From assembly GCA_051362555.1 (NCBI GenBank), contig CM120643.1, positions 7,006,001 to 7,070,000 of the forward strand: DNA of 64,000 bases, in the 5' to 3' direction. The notes beneath the pieces are model-generated. The model did not search any database. It saw only the letters and a list, made by a program, of their open reading frames with translations, and was not told where the DNA came from. The position numbers and the translations under genes were made by a program. Each line of letters opens with the position of its first letter. Within the stretch, counting starts at the first letter, position 1. This document shows positions 1 to 14,116 of this stretch, piece by piece. This DNA comes from Lingula anatina. Taxonomy: Eukaryota > Animalia > Brachiopoda.

Positions 1-528
1 CCAGATCTAATAGACTCTTTTACTGTGAAGGAGGCCATAAATAAATTCTGTCAAGGTTGCCTAGATCCAGAAGCAGGCAATCATGCCCGTCTCTCACACC
101 CTATTTCCATGGAAGACGCCATAAATAAAGTTTGCTACTATCAGCACGTCTGTCAGGATTCCTCTGATACCTAAAAGCATGGGAGAAAATCCTGTGACGA
201 TTTAGTTATTAATCAGATGGAACCGGAGCAGTCTGTTGATGAAGGTGAACCCCCATCCAAAATTGAACAATTGTTAAAGAGCATTTTAGAAGAACAAACT
301 GAAATTCTACCCCCCCCCCCCAAACAACCCTCAGTCAACTCCCTCGAAATCAAATCTTTAGAAGATCTTGAAAAAATAATAGAACAAGTCATTTTAAAGC
401 ACAAATCTACTGAATCGGCCTCTCAGTCAAAAAGACCTGTTCAGACTTGTTATTTTTGTCAAAAAGCTAACCATTTTAAGAGGGATTGTCCAAAGTATAA
501 ATTTTGGTTGAAAAAACAAAAAGCTTAA
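1..528 (+). pseudogene. Degenerate Ty3/Gypsy gag C-terminal remnant (runs off window start)
   Basis: Frame 1 reads ...AINKFCQGCLDPEAGNHA...SMEDAINKVCYYQH..., has one in-frame TAA (172-174), then continues as the 217-528 ORF with a CCHC knuckle CYFCQKANHFKRDC. No intact pol follows. Confidence 0.7.
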
Positions 529-3500
529 TTGGCCCAATCCAACAGTGTTAATTATAATATAAAAGCCTAGGGGCCAGGGTAATTGACCGTATCCCTGGTA
601 CCCCATCCCTTCACGGTCAATCAGTGACTCAAACCATACCTAACTCATTTGTGCATGAAAGAGGGAATCTTGCTAGTGGTTCTAATGCCTCTACTCACTC
701 CAGTCAGTCCAATATTCAACAATATTCAACCCCCATTATGGAGTCCCAGCCTTATAATACCCTAGCAGTACAGTATGCCTTTCCATAATGGCAGGGGGAG
801 TGGTGGTAGCAGTTCTGCTTATTACAAGACCAGACGTCTATCCATTCTTGAAACTCAAGAGATTCTTCTAATGTAAGGAAAAGCAAAACACTGTCAAATC
901 TAAAAGATGATAACCTCTCATGGAGTGAAGATATCATGAAACTCCTATCCGAAACAAATTTGGAGATATATGGTTAAAACAGATATCTTCACATAAAATT
1001 CCTTAGCACATGCAAAAAAACACATCATCAGTGGCTTGCACAGTAAACTTGAAGACAAATCTAAATCCAGCATCAACTGCCAATTCAAAAATACATTAAA
1101 AAAAAAAAAATTAATATCTGGACATTGTTCAAGATGATGAAAAAAGAAGAAGTCTTAGTTGTTTTCGCACCAGTGGGCATAAACTCCACATTGAAACAGG
1201 CAGATACACTAACACCACTCCTGATACACAAACACATCTACATTTCTGCTTTAATTTGATATACTCAGGACATACTGTAGCATCATATCCAAGCTGCTAA
1301 CAATAACAAAACAATATCATAAAATAATCATGCTGATTTTCTAGAGGAATTTAAAACAAAAATACAGTTTATCAGTATAAGGGTTAACAACAGATGTGTC
1401 ACAAAGTGATGACTATGGCAATGACACTGGACAGACACAGTGATCAGAATATAGACAGACTGAAAGTGTCTGTATATAATAAATATGTCATAAAACTTGC
1501 AATTATACCTTAATGAACTAGCAATGATCATCTATAACACATCATATCTGAACTGAAATATATCTCGCTGTATATGCTATCTCTTCTAGACTAAGTACTG
1601 TAATAGTATCCATGCATATAGGGAAAATTATTATAACATATCACAACTGAGCTGAAATATCAATTCACTTTTAAACATTTCCATTGTGTCTATTCATCTT
1701 CAGTGATAGAGTATTGTCTAACACAATCTCCTTGCTTTATATACCCTGCCTCTATAGTTTCTATGCATATGGGGGAAATTGATTCTTTGTGTTACCTGGA
1801 ACCCACATTTGTTGTGTAATTGTACTGTTCCATATAACTGGCTCCACAGGATCTGCTGTGTTTGGAAGTCTTGTTCTGGGGGGTTCTGGCAGCACTCTCT
1901 AAAATCATAAATGAAATGGGTGTAACTGTTTGCAGTGTAACCGTTTTCATGTGAATCCTCTCTGTAATATCCTTAACAATTCTTCGTGCATCTAGTATAA
2001 ACTATTATCAGAAACAATTCAATGATAAGTAATTCAAATATAGGATGCTCTTGTAAAATGCACAAAATCATTTTTGTACCACCATACTTGATACTTATAT
2101 CTTGATACTGCTCGTATGTAATGGTGATCAAATTAAAATATAAGTATTCATTTTATATGCGTTTTGTGCATACAAGATGAATTGGTTCAAATTCTTAACA
2201 AATGACAGGTGTGATCAATAAAGCACTTGATAAATATAAAACTTATACATTACAATTAAAGCAGTGAAACATTAATTTTATTCATAATAAAAAATAATCA
2301 TTTCATCACTCCCGCCCCCCCCCCCCCCCCCCCCCCCAAAAAAAATGTTACAATTGGTATTTGTGGCTTTACAAGGAAAGAGGGGAAACAAATTTATTTA
2401 TTTATTTGTATCTAAAAATAAAAACAACCAGACATTTTGTCTGCTTCAGCAAGAGGTCCAGTTACCTGTGACTCTTGCACAACTGGGAGAGATGAAGATG
2501 TTCCTGTTGCTGTCTTTTTATTTCTGCTTCATATGAAATACATGTCCCCCATGTTCAGCCAGGTAAAGTCAGTTCACCTAGAAGACACCATGCTGTATGG
2601 AGACTGGAGCTGGAAAAAGAGACATGGCAATGTATAAGTGAAAGAACACAGATTATCTTAACACAAAGAAAAGACAAAAACCTGACAGTCCACCAGAGCC
2701 AGTCGGGAAAAATATTAAAACTATGGTACACTGCCAAGTGCCCACCTTATATGGTAGACATCATTGTTGTGGTGATTGAACTGTGGTAAGTTAAAAATGA
2801 CTTTGCCTTTTAGAGGCTGCTGGGCACAATTGTGACTGCCGAGACCAGCACATTCTCAGATTGAATACAGTTTAATAATCAGAACTCTGCCAAATCTGTT
2901 GGAATTAATGTGAAATTTGCACACAAAATGCTTAACATCTGTAAAAATTTGGGATAATTATATCAATTGACTGCAACTAATTGAAAGATGTTTTCTGAGG
3001 AGTAATTTGAGTCACTAAAGAAATTACTAATAATAATGACAAAATTACTTCAACTTAAAGGAAACAAAAAAATATTATAACTGCTTTCTTTCTCTACAGA
3101 GGAAGATTAGGAGACCAATTATATATTGTCACATGACTTGTAAAACACTATCAACCATTAGTTTAATGTAGCACCTGCCAGCAGTCCAGTTACTGTCATG
3201 ACAATGGGTCATCCCAGGGAAGTAATGAGCACTGCTCCACTTTGGGTCCAATTTATTTCATCCCAAACTGACCACATCAAGCAGGCCACTACAGAGACCA
3301 AACGCGTGTGTAAACTGGAAAAAATATAAACATATATTAAACAAGGCAATCAACCACTTGACCACTGATGATAAGAACTAATAAAATTGAGTGCTTCAGC
3401 CAGCCAAAGAACATGAATTTCAGACACTATGTTTAAAGCACATGCCATATGAACCACATTTTAATTGAACTATTTTGTACAAAAGACTAATGGTTTAAAC

Positions 3501-4223
3501 TAAACCAATTAATTGTCGACAAATGAGAGATATGGATCAAAAATGCCATTAATGACTATAAAGATACAATGCAAATTACAATTTTAACTTTTTTTAATAA
3601 AGAAGAGTGGATAATTACAAAAACCCATGCTTTTCAAGTCACATTGGAAACCACTGGATTCCAAAATTTTTTGTCTCTACAGAGGAATGAAAGAGACCTA
3701 TTATACCCACTGTTACTTGAAAAAGAAAAACTGTTCATTTTGTGTACAACCTGCAAGAAGTCCAGTTCCCTGTTTACCATGGCTGTCCTGTCTCTGGCTC
3801 TTCACAACCCATTCATCCTGAAACTTGCTGTGTCTTGCACAACTGTGTGAGATGAAGGGATATTCCTGCAGCTTCTATTTCCTGTCTATTTCATATTAAC
3901 AATACATGTCCTCCATTTTCAGCCAGGTAAAGTCAGTTCACCTAGAAGACACCATGCTGTATGGAGACTGGAGCTGGAAAAAGAGACGAAAGATTATATT
4001 AATGAAGTGACATAACTATCTTAATAAAAAGACAGAACCCTGACAGTCCACAAGAGTCAGCAGAGCTAAACCTACAATACCAGTATACTGCCTAATGTCC
4101 ACCTAATATGACAGACATCACAGTTGTGGTGACTGCACCAAGACAAGTTTAAAATGTCTTTTGGAGGCTGCTGGGCACAATTGTGACTGCTGAGTTGAGC
4201 ACAATCTTAGATTAAACATAGTT

Positions 4224-7200
4224 AAACTAGAGGATCAGAGAGGCGATACCGCCTCCGAATATTGTACCACCAGCTGGAGCAAGCGCATTCGTATAGACCC
4301 CCACATACACAAAATAAGGGACACAGTCACCAGTCTTGTGCTTGACAAGCTGTAAACATGCAATCAACAAGAATTTTCAATATATGCAAAAAATATATGA
4401 AACTAAAAATGGTACAATCAAATTTAAGTTCATCGGAAGGTAGGTGAAAGGTCATTTTCAAGGTCACAGTAAATTGCCAGTATATGACTTCCTATTCAAG
4501 TTCAATAGTAACTAAGGACCTATCTCTGCCAGGTTTGGAGTTAAAAGAGAAAGAAATTAGCAGAGTTCAGTTCATGATAATAAGTAGATCAAAGGTCAAT
4601 TTCAAGGTCACACTTAGATTGCCAGTATATGACTTCCTATTCAAGTTCAATAGTAACTATGGACATATCTCTGCCAGTTTTAGAGATAAAAGGGAAGCAA
4701 AATTTGCAAAATTCAGTTCATGGTGAAAAGTAGGTCAAAGGTCAATTTCAAGGTCACAGTAAGATTGCCAGTATTTGACTTCCCATTCAAGTTCAGTAGT
4801 AACTATGGACATATCTCTGCCAGTTTTGGAGATAAAAGGGAAGCAAAATTTGCAAAGTTCAGTTCATGGTGAAAAATAGGTCAAATGTCAATTTCAAGGT
4901 CACAGTAAGATTGCCAGTATATGACTTTCTATTCAAGTTCAATAGTATCTATGGACCTATCTCTGCCAGTTTTGCAGATAAAAGGGACTAAATGTTATAA
5001 TTTTGGAGTTACCATAATGTGCCATAAATTTCCTACAGAAAAGATTAATTAAAATAAAGAAAACATCATTTTGGTCAAAATTCTTAAAATAGGAGGTGCT
5101 CTGAAGTTCCAGAAGTTCAAATTTGATGAAATAATGTCATTTTTGACCACAAGTTGTCTGCTTTGCCAAGCCTTATGTATTATTTTTCCAGAGTTCAAAA
5201 TTTATTATCCATTACCGTACTGCACATTTTGCTTTCACCACCAATATGTATTTTTTGATACAGTGTAACTTTAGAGATAAAAGGGAAGCAAAATTTACAA
5301 AGTTCAGTTCATAGTGAAAAGTAGGTCAAAGGTCAATTTTAAGGTCACATTTAGCTTGCCAGTATATGACTTCCTATTCAAGTTCAATAGTAACTATGGA
5401 CCTATCTCTGCCAGTTTTGGAGATAAAAGGGAAGCAAAATTTGAAAAGTTCAGTTCATGGTGAAACGTAGGTAAAAAGTCAATTTTAAGGTCACATTTAG
5501 ATTGCCAGTATATGACTTCCTATTCAAGTTCAATAGTAACTATGGACCTATCTCTGCCAGTTTTGGAGATATAAGGGAAGCAAAATTTGCAAAGTTCAGT
5601 TCATGGTGAAAAGTAGGTCAAAGGTCAATTTTAAGGTCACATTAAGATTGCCAGTATATGAATTCCTATTCAAGTTCAACAGTAACCATGGACCTATCTC
5701 TGCAAAGTTCAGTTCATGGTGAAAAGTAGGTCAAAGGTCAATTTTAAGGTCACATTTAAATTGCCAGTATATGACTTCCCATTCAACTTCAATAGTAACT
5801 ATGGACATATCTCTGCCAGTTTTGGAGATAAAAGGGAAGCAAAATTTGCAAAGTTCAGTTCGTGGTGAAAAGTAGGTCAAAGGTCAATTTCAAGGTCACA
5901 TTTGGATTGCCAGTATGTGACTTCCTATTCAACTTCAATAGTAACTATGGACCTATCTCTGCCAGTTTTGGAGATATAAGGGACTAAATGTTATAATTTT
6001 GGAGTTACCATAATGTGCCATAAATTTCCTACAGAAAAGATTAATTAAAATAAAGAAAACATCATTTTGGTCAAAATTCTTAAAATAGGAGGTGCTCTGA
6101 AGTTCCAGAAGTTCAAATTTGATGAAATAATGTCATTTTTGACCACAGGTTGTCTGCTTTGCCAAGCCTTATGTATTCAGGCATGAGATTTGGTTTTGAT
6201 AAAAAAGTCTGAAAGATTTTTCAAAGAAAAATCTTAACGCACACGTAGGCTAGGCCTATACATGTAGGAATAGTTTGATTGACAGTATACACTATAATAC
6301 AGTAACACACACACACACACACACTCAGTGACACACACACACACACCAGTGACTGAGTGAGAACGTTACTGATCTCTAATTCAGCATTTAATTCTGTTGA
6401 TGTACATTTAAACCATGTCATAGATCTAGTACAACTATCGTTTATACTATTACTAGTGACAACACCGTCATCACATCAGACGATCAGTAGATTTAGTGAT
6501 TCAACAGTTGGGCACAATTTTAAACGAGCGACAAGTCGACAACTCAAAACATGAAAATTTTCAAATGCAAGTTCAATGTCTTCATACGACATACACACAA
6601 CCGATCTAGTAAAACAACCTATCTGAATTTATTCTTAATCCCTTTATCGATTTCTCTGACTCTATCGTCGTTTACACCGGCCTCAAGTAGCTTCATTTTC
6701 CAAAACGCAAAAGCGACACACGATACCACATGGAAAAAACCGCGCAGCGCTATATGAACAGGATACAGGCCGTTTTACGGTAATTGCATTCAATGACTGT
6801 ATAAATGTCGTATAGATGTCGCAAAAGTTTCCCCCTTGATAACAGTGCGTCCCAGAATCGATATATATGTACGGTTGGTAACGTTTTTCAGCAAGGTCAA
6901 AATTGAAAACATGCGAGTGCCGATGAGTGAAGGGTCTCGCCGGGGAAGGGAAGGGTACCCCCCCCCCCCTGAAATTTTCTCAACGGATTTGCAATGATAT
7001 AAAAAATGACATTTTTGAAGGAAAAAAGTCGGAATTCCGCCAAAAGACTCATGCCTGTGTATTATTTTTCCAGAGTTCAAAATTTATTATCCATTACCGT
7101 ACTGCACATTTTGCTTTCACCACCAATATGTACTTTTTGATACAGCGTAACTTGAAAATCGTATGGAATACAAAAAAACGGAGACCACCTCCAGTGTTGG

Positions 7201-7861
7201 GCTTTACATGCTCTACAAAATGCAAAAAAGAATGGGTCTCTAGCATTAACGGTTCCCGAATTAGAGACAGTTTTCAGTTTCGGTACTTTATGGCCGCTAC
7301 TCCTGTGAAAATGCACCGATTGACCCCAAATTCACGGAGATGAAAGATGACCCAAAGGGTTACACTTTCCAATAATATTATTGGTTAAGTCTGTGTGGTA
7401 TCTGAATAACAGGGCAAAAAAATTTTTTTTCGTAAAAAAATTCATTTTTTTGAAAATTTTGGCCCGTTTGACCTTGAAATAAAGGTCAAAGGTCAAATCC
7501 AAGGGCATATTTGAAATCTACACATATGACTTTTGGAAAGCTGTCTGTAGAAATTTTTCCCATAACTCCTTCCGTAGGGTAGATAATTAGCATTTAATTT
7601 TGCCATTTTTAGACAAGGGTGCATTGCAATGAGTGCCACACCTAGACCCCAATACCGACAAAGCCCAAATTTTACGTGGAACGAGTTGAGATTATAGGTG
7701 ACCTAAATCCAAGAGATGGGTACAGGGGCCCTCACCGTCTAGGAGGAGAAGCGGTAACGGTGACTTGGCGGCGGAGCCGCAGGAGCCGGCGGAGCCGGCG
7801 GAACATACGGGTCGGGACTAAAACCATGGGTACCGCCAGCGCCTACGCTGGTGGTACAATA
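4224..7861. mobile_element. Non-autonomous Helentron/HINE-type element with internal ~146-bp satellite array
   Basis: Starts AAACTAG; 5' hairpin GAGGCG-ATAC-CGCCTC (4240-4255); subterminal inverted repeat ATTGTACCACCAGC (4261-4274)/GCTGGTGGTACAAT (7847-7860); 3' hairpin 7830-7857; GC microsatellite 7767-7801; cleanly interrupts the duplicated flank. Confidence 0.75.
4440..5985. repeat. ~146-bp satellite array (aggtcaaaggtcaatttcaaggtcac... unit) in two blocks
   Basis: Unit starts recur at e.g. 4731 and 4877; the block after the first array (~4984-5180) is repeated at ~5981-6177. Confidence 0.9.
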
Positions 7862-8484
7862 AGCAGAACTCTGCCAAATCTGGAATTTCTGTGAAATTTG
7901 CACACAAATTGCCTAACACCTGTAATAATCTGGGATAAGTATTTCAGTTAACTGTGCCTTGTTAAAGTACATTTTGTAAAGAGTAACATAAGAAAAGTGA
8001 AAAAAATTATTTAAATTTACAGAAAACACAAAATATGATAACTGGTTTGTTGATCTACATGGGAAGGATAGAAGACAAATTATCTATTGTAACACAACTT
8101 GTAAAACAAAACCAAGCAATTATTTTGTGCACTACCTGCAAGGAGGTTTTTTTGGCATGGTGATGGGTGACTGTGGGTAATGACCACTGCTCCACCTTGG
8201 GTCAAATACATATCACCTGTTATGACCAGGTCCCGTGGGTCTCACTTGCCATGTGCTTCTTTCACACTCGTTCCCATTACCACATCATCCACCAGGTGGT
8301 GGCCCCAGTCAAGACGCCACTAATCGGCAGCCGTGTATTGGATATAACATTCCTCCCAACCTTAATTTTTTTCTACAACATATAAGCTTAAAAATCATTA
8401 TCCTTGAATATTTTGAATCCTGAAGAATTTTCAGTTTTCATATTGTATAAAGTCACATCTTGAGTGCTATATGCTCAAGCCTTT

Positions 8485-8940
8485 CAGGACAGCGATCCGC
8501 CTTCATCCTGATTAAATATCAATTATCTCAGATTACTTTTTTTCAGGACAGCGATCCGCCTTCATCCGGATTACATTAAAAAAAAATCTCAGATTACTTT
8601 TTTTTTAGGACAGCGATCCACCTTCATCCTGATTACATAGAAATAATCTCAGATTCCCTTTTTTTTTTTAGGACAGTGATCCACCTTCGTCCTGATTAAA
8701 TATCAATTATCTCAGATTACTTTTTTTTAGGACAGCGATCCGCCTTCATCCTGATAAATATAAATTATCTCATATTCCTTTTTTTCAGGACAGCGATCCG
8801 CCTTCATCCTGATTAAATATAAATTATCTCAGATTACTTTTTTCAGGACAGCGATCCGCCTTCATCCTGATTACATAGAAATTACCTCAGATTACTTTTT
8901 TTCTCCTCAGGACAGCGATCAGCCTTCATCCTGATTACAT
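8485..8940. repeat. Tandem array of 8 x ~58-63-bp hairpin-containing units
   Basis: Core aggacagcgatccgccttcatcctgatt recurs at ~8486, 8545, 8607, 8670, 8729, 8787, 8845, 8909. Confidence 0.95.
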
Positions 8941-8959
8941 ATAAATGATTGAACTGTCA

Positions 8960-9930
8960 CTTTAATACATAATCTTTAAAGTAACCGGTCTTCTGATCGT
9001 TCTCTATGGTCTAGTGTAATTGGTTCTGCAATATGATCAATGTTTTTCTCTTGCTGTGGCATCTTCTCATCAATTGAATTCTGTGTATTTAATGCAATAT
9101 CATCTAAGTTTGGAATATTCTGTGTGTCTGTTGCTGCATTGTCACTTTTCACTGTAATATATCACTAAGTTACAATTCACATGCATCATCTTGTCTTCTC
9201 ATCTCATTTGTGTTTTCTTTCAAATATAAGTCTGCTGGAATTTTCATTCCATTATCTGTTGTGTTTATGACATTGTTACACAGTTTGAATTGACTTGCGT
9301 CTCTGCAGATTGTTCTTCTGTCTGTAACTCTTCTGGCAGTAACTTGAGAACCATGTATTTCCATGACGATATAGAAAATCAGTTCATATGGTGTTGAGAG
9401 TTTGTTTCTTTTGTTCTGTTTAACTAAAACATAGTCACGTATAATGAGTGTATTCTCCCTCCAAGTTTGATTAGTGTTGGGTCAGTGAGTGTTTTCTCTG
9501 CTATCTCAGCAAGAATCGCTGCATTTTCAGATTTGACCATCCATCTGATCATCTTCTCTGTACTATGACCACCCATTTGTGGCAGTGGCTGTCTGGAGAG
9601 ATAATCTGGGTCTGCATCATTCTTTTCTGGCTCATATACCACTTCATAGTCAACATCTTGTAAGTCCATCACCCATTTCTCTAATTTCTTGGTGGTAATT
9701 TTGCTTGTGCTTTGTTAAACATGGGTACTAATGGTTTGCGTGCTTCAATAATACTAAATTCTTCTCTCATGTCCCAGTATGGTTCAATGTCCTTATCTTT
9801 TCTGTATAGATTGCTGATTCCAATCTCCTGTTGAGATTCTCCCTCCAAGTTTGATTAGTGTTGGGTCAGTGAGGGTTTTCTCTGCTATCTCATTGAGAAT
9901 CACTGCATTTTCAGATTTGACCACTCTGTC
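8960..9930 (-). pseudogene. Deleted/degenerate Ty3/Gypsy pol fragments (RNase H end, linker, integrase C-terminus)
   Basis: KPLVPMFNK..KLPPR, MDLQDVDYEVVYEP..DADPDYLSRQPLP, EIHGSQVTARR..RDASQFK and a terminal RRP/GYFKDYV motif, broken by stops, frameshifts and an internal duplication (9455-9540 vs 9836-9922). Confidence 0.75.
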
Positions 9931-10719
9931 AAACTGTGTGCCTGAGCTGAAAAAACAAAAAAAGAGAGACACTCATTATAAACATTCAACAGGCCTGTAG
10001 CCAGCTATTTCAAAAGTTTTTTTTTTCCCTAAAAAAGTGGACATTTTACCATGAAACCATTGTGTACCTAAATGAAACTTTACCCAGAGGGAACTTTTCC
10101 CGGCAAAAAGGGCTGTTCGTTCACATGTCTAAACTGGCAATGGTCCTGGTCAAAGTCAAACTTGGCAGCTTCCTCATATTCACAGAAATTTGTACTTTCA
10201 AAAAATTTCTAATATCCATGATGTTTTGCTATGACTTCATGTAAAAAAAATCAAACTTAAAATTGTCATCATTTTATATTGGCAATTTAAGCTAAATTTA
10301 GGGGGACATTTGTTGTGACTTTGCATCTTAAGCGGCCCAACATGCCTCAAAATGTGTCACAACACTATATTCAATGCAGGAATCGTGCACTCCAGATGTA
10401 ACATTGTAATAATGTGAGGTTATACTTGGCTACATACTGGGGTATGTATGAATTCCTAACATGCAAAGCCATTACTTCACTCCAGTTGGAGGGCTATGGC
10501 TAAATAGAGAGTTATAAAGATACCTGATAGGACAAAGTGAACACTGCAAAAATCCCCATGGCATAAATAACTTTTTAGGACAACATATAGAAACCCTATT
10601 GCTCCCTAACTCTGCTAGAACTTTTTTACGTTTTACCTCAGATATTTCCAGGAATCCAGATCTACTGAATAACACTTATAACGCTCCCTTTAACTATCCT
10701 CTAGCTCTTGTATCTGCAG

Positions 10720-10752
<33 letters not shown>

Positions 10753-12521
10753 ACCCCGCCCAACTATGGCTTTCAATCCCAGGACTTCCGGTTCCAGATC
10801 ACTGCAACAAAGTACTCACCTTTCTGTCATCAAGAATGTCTTTGCATGCATATAAAAGGTTGCTGGAATCGTGAAATGTCATACTGCTTCAGATCAAACT
10901 TTTATGGTAACTCATAAATATATCTTGGCCTTAGTATAACGTTATTTCATAACGTGTAAAATTTTCCCGCTCCGCCGCGCTAAGCCTAAGTAGGTCATTT
11001 GCAAACTCGCAGTGAATAAGTTGGGTCACATCTCGGCACATCCGGTCACATGATGCTCGCCGCAGTTTTACTCTGCTTCCCAGTTATTATATCTTTTGAT
11101 TTTTCGTATAGATATGATATTATTGATTATTGATTGAGAATAAATTATTACAAAAAGGTAATTATAAATTCTTTTTTATTGTTATTATTACATATTTTCT
11201 TTTTGCTTCAACGGATCTCAGCACTACTAACACAACGTTCAATTTGAGCAAATGGAGCATTTAAGGACCCTCGCATTTAGAGAAATTAGGGCCTACGATT
11301 TAAAGTATAATAAACAAACTAGAAAATATTCTAAAGTCAATTTTGCCTGCACAGCAGCTAGTACCTGTATTTTACGTTAATAGACTGCGGTAGAGACTGC
11401 GCTAGTAAGCTTATATTAGATGCGCGTTAATTTTTTTCTTTTTTAACGTCTAAAACTTTCCCTCAATTCCAAGTATATTTTCTCAATGCCTGGTAACGAA
11501 GGTTTTGCAAATGGCTTTCTAATAGAATGCAGCTTTGTCGTGTTTCGTGTAAAACATTTCACTGTGCCCTATTAACATATCGTCCAGCTAATCATGAGGG
11601 CCCGCTGGGAAGGGGGGGGAGGGGTTAGTGATCACAATTCACGGCCACATTAAATAAAATCATCAAATCACATAAATTAATTAAAAACTTTATTCGTATC
11701 TCATTGAAAATGCTAGTCTGGCGAGCTGAAAATTACATATCACCGAGTATAATGACTTCGTTCCACTAAGGACGAGGGACAGAAACCCGCAATTCATGAT
11801 TCACAGGAATGGGGTGCTTCACACCTCGGAGAATGATAAGTGGCTGTTACGGGCAAGGAAAATACCCAACGGGGCCTTCGGTCCTTGTCTTAACTAAAAT
11901 GAATATTTAATTAATTTTTCTAAAATATTTCAAAACATTAAAGCAACTAAAATTAATGATCTAGAGCAAAAGTACGCCACGAAGGATTTTTCAGCTTTCA
12001 AAAGTAGCAAGTTATTTATTGCGTTATCTAAGATAAACAATCTAGACATTTTCTGACGTTAGACATTAGGTCTATACTTGCTTCCAAACAAGTATCTTAT
12101 TTTTCTACTTTATTGAAAATAAGGCAAATCTGAGATGGTGTTGCAAACGACAGTAACGAAGGTCTAAGAATGACTCTGCATTTCGTGTTTTAAATATGAT
12201 TAGCACATGTGCTCAGCTAACTTATGCGACGATTTTCGTGTGCATCGAAAGACTCACCAAAGAAACAGCGAGAGAGACAAAATGTTGTTATTATTCATCT
12301 ACACAACGTACCTCCGACCGTGTTGGGAATTCGACCCCTTTTAGGACTCTATGATACCTGTCGTCAATACTGCTTCTACATAACGTAGCAAACGCAATCG
12401 TCCTTTGCACTCAAATCATAAACAGAAATCTTTCTTCAAAAATTATTAAATACATCCTTACATTTTATACATGTCTATGAATATCTAGTGAAAACTCCAT
12501 CTGTGACTCTGGTAGAGTGTA

Positions 12522-13958
12522 GGGGAGACCGGGGCTAGTTGGACCCCGGGGTAAGTTGGCCCCCCGTCAATTTATGAAAAAGTAACTACGAGGTAAAAAA
12601 ATTGGCCACATGCTCTTGCAAAGTGACCGTAGCCTACAATGCTAAGGAAGTGTCGGACGTCAAAAAGTTTTACTTAAGCGGTGAGTCGAAATAAACGATT
12701 TTTTCACCTAAAAGTAATTTTGTTTAAGAGATTTAAAAATCTATTTTCATAGGCTTTTGATCGAATATAAGATATGTATAGGGCATCAAACTGAAGCTCA
12801 TTGTTTCAAGTTTCACAGAGATGTATCATCGTTGCTCATTCTAGCACCATATATGGCTACCATCCTTTAAAATAAATAATGTGCACCTGGGGCTAGTTGG
12901 CCCCCTTGACTCGGGGCAAGTTGGACCCTCATATTACCCACAAACCTTTGCGCGCAACGCTGTTTGAAATAAGCAAGTTGGTGAAATTGACAAAGCTTGC
13001 CGGTGTCTATTACCGTCTGATTGATTTTTTTAATTTTCTCTCTGGTGACTTTTATATTAGAAATATTCTGTTGCTTGTAAGTATTAAAAAGCAAATCCAT
13101 TGGACTTTCCGTAGAAAAACATTTATTTTGCCTTAATTCATTGTAAGGGGATTCCCTTTGTATTTATAGTGTTATATGCAGGGGCGGATCCAGAGATATT
13201 TTCTGAGAGTCTTCAAAATTATGTTTGTTGATCCATCCCCCATTTTTGACCGTCTTCCATCAGAAAAAATAGATACCCGTCAATGTAAACTTGAAAATCT
13301 GACCGTCTTCCGGAAGACCCGGCCAGAAGACGGCCTAAATCCGCCCCTGATATGTGTCCCCAAGGGGATTTTCCACCCCTCCCTAGCTAGAGACCATTGT
13401 TGAAACAAACTCAATGGTTTAAAACTGAATTTGTTACTGTCTTTTAAAAAGAAACTTTATTATTCGTTTTTTTATTTCATTAAAAACCTTCTTTATAACA
13501 TTATTTATTTATTCTAAATGAAAACAAAACACATTTTATTGATAGATATTTTGGTCCTTGCAACACATACCCCCCCCCCCCCAACAACGTGACGTACGGA
13601 AACCTCAATAAATCTGCCTCATTTGAACTTTTTGTTCATCAAAGACTCTCAAAAATCAATTAAATAAATTAAAAATTTATAAAAATGTATTTCAAGGCGT
13701 TTACATGGGATATATACTTCATTTTCGTATAGGGGGGCCAACTTGCCCCATGGCGGGGCAAGTTGGACCCCCTGACGTCACTTGCATTTTTTGTCAAATT
13801 GTGAGCCACCTGGCATCATATTTGAAAAATAATGACGTTGCATACGTAGCTTAGTTCATGGGGCTTACTTTGAAACTGGTTTTGTTACTCTAACCCACTC
13901 CTAGTTGGCTCTACAAGGCCAAAAGTGTCTAACTGGGCCAACTAGCCCCGGTCTCCCC
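12522..13958. mobile_element. Non-autonomous Tc1/mariner/pogo-type DNA element
   Basis: Perfect TIR GGGGAGACCGGGGCTAGTTGG / CCAACTAGCCCCGGTCTCCCC flanked by TA on both sides; internal copies of ggggcaagttggacccc. Confidence 0.85.
13179..13349. mobile_element. Small MITE nested in the TA element
   Basis: TIR CAGGGGCGGAT/ATCCGCCCCTG, flanked by ATATG on both sides; an inverted, diverged relative lies at ~28630-28790. Confidence 0.75.
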
Positions 13959-14116
13959 TACTTTCTCTCTCTCTCTCTCTCTCTCTCTCGCTCTCTCTCT
14001 CTCTGTCCGGTTGTCTCTGGTCGAATTCACAATCAGTTGATCCTCGGACCAGAATCAGATAACAAACCTGTTTTATGATAATTAACTGTTATGACTATAA
14101 ATGAAACTACATTTTT

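Larger units (their letters stand above)
2440..8345. repeat. Old local duplication: ~2440-3310 vs ~3750-4223 + 7862-8345 (second copy split by an insertion)
   Basis: Shared near-identical block cagccaggtaaagtcagttcacctagaagacaccatgctgtatggagactggagctggaaaaagagac (~2556, ~3920). Homology stops at ~4223 and resumes at ~7862 (cagaactctgccaaatctg). Confidence 0.75.

Noticed and set aside
8485-8940. CRISPR-like array or hammerhead array
   Set aside because: Inter-repeat segments are homologous to each other rather than unique spacers, context is eukaryotic with no cas genes, and no complete CUGANGA core is present.
12305-12410. tRNA gene (B-box-like GGGTCGAATTCC on minus strand)
   Set aside because: No cloverleaf can be drawn; at most a decayed SINE head.
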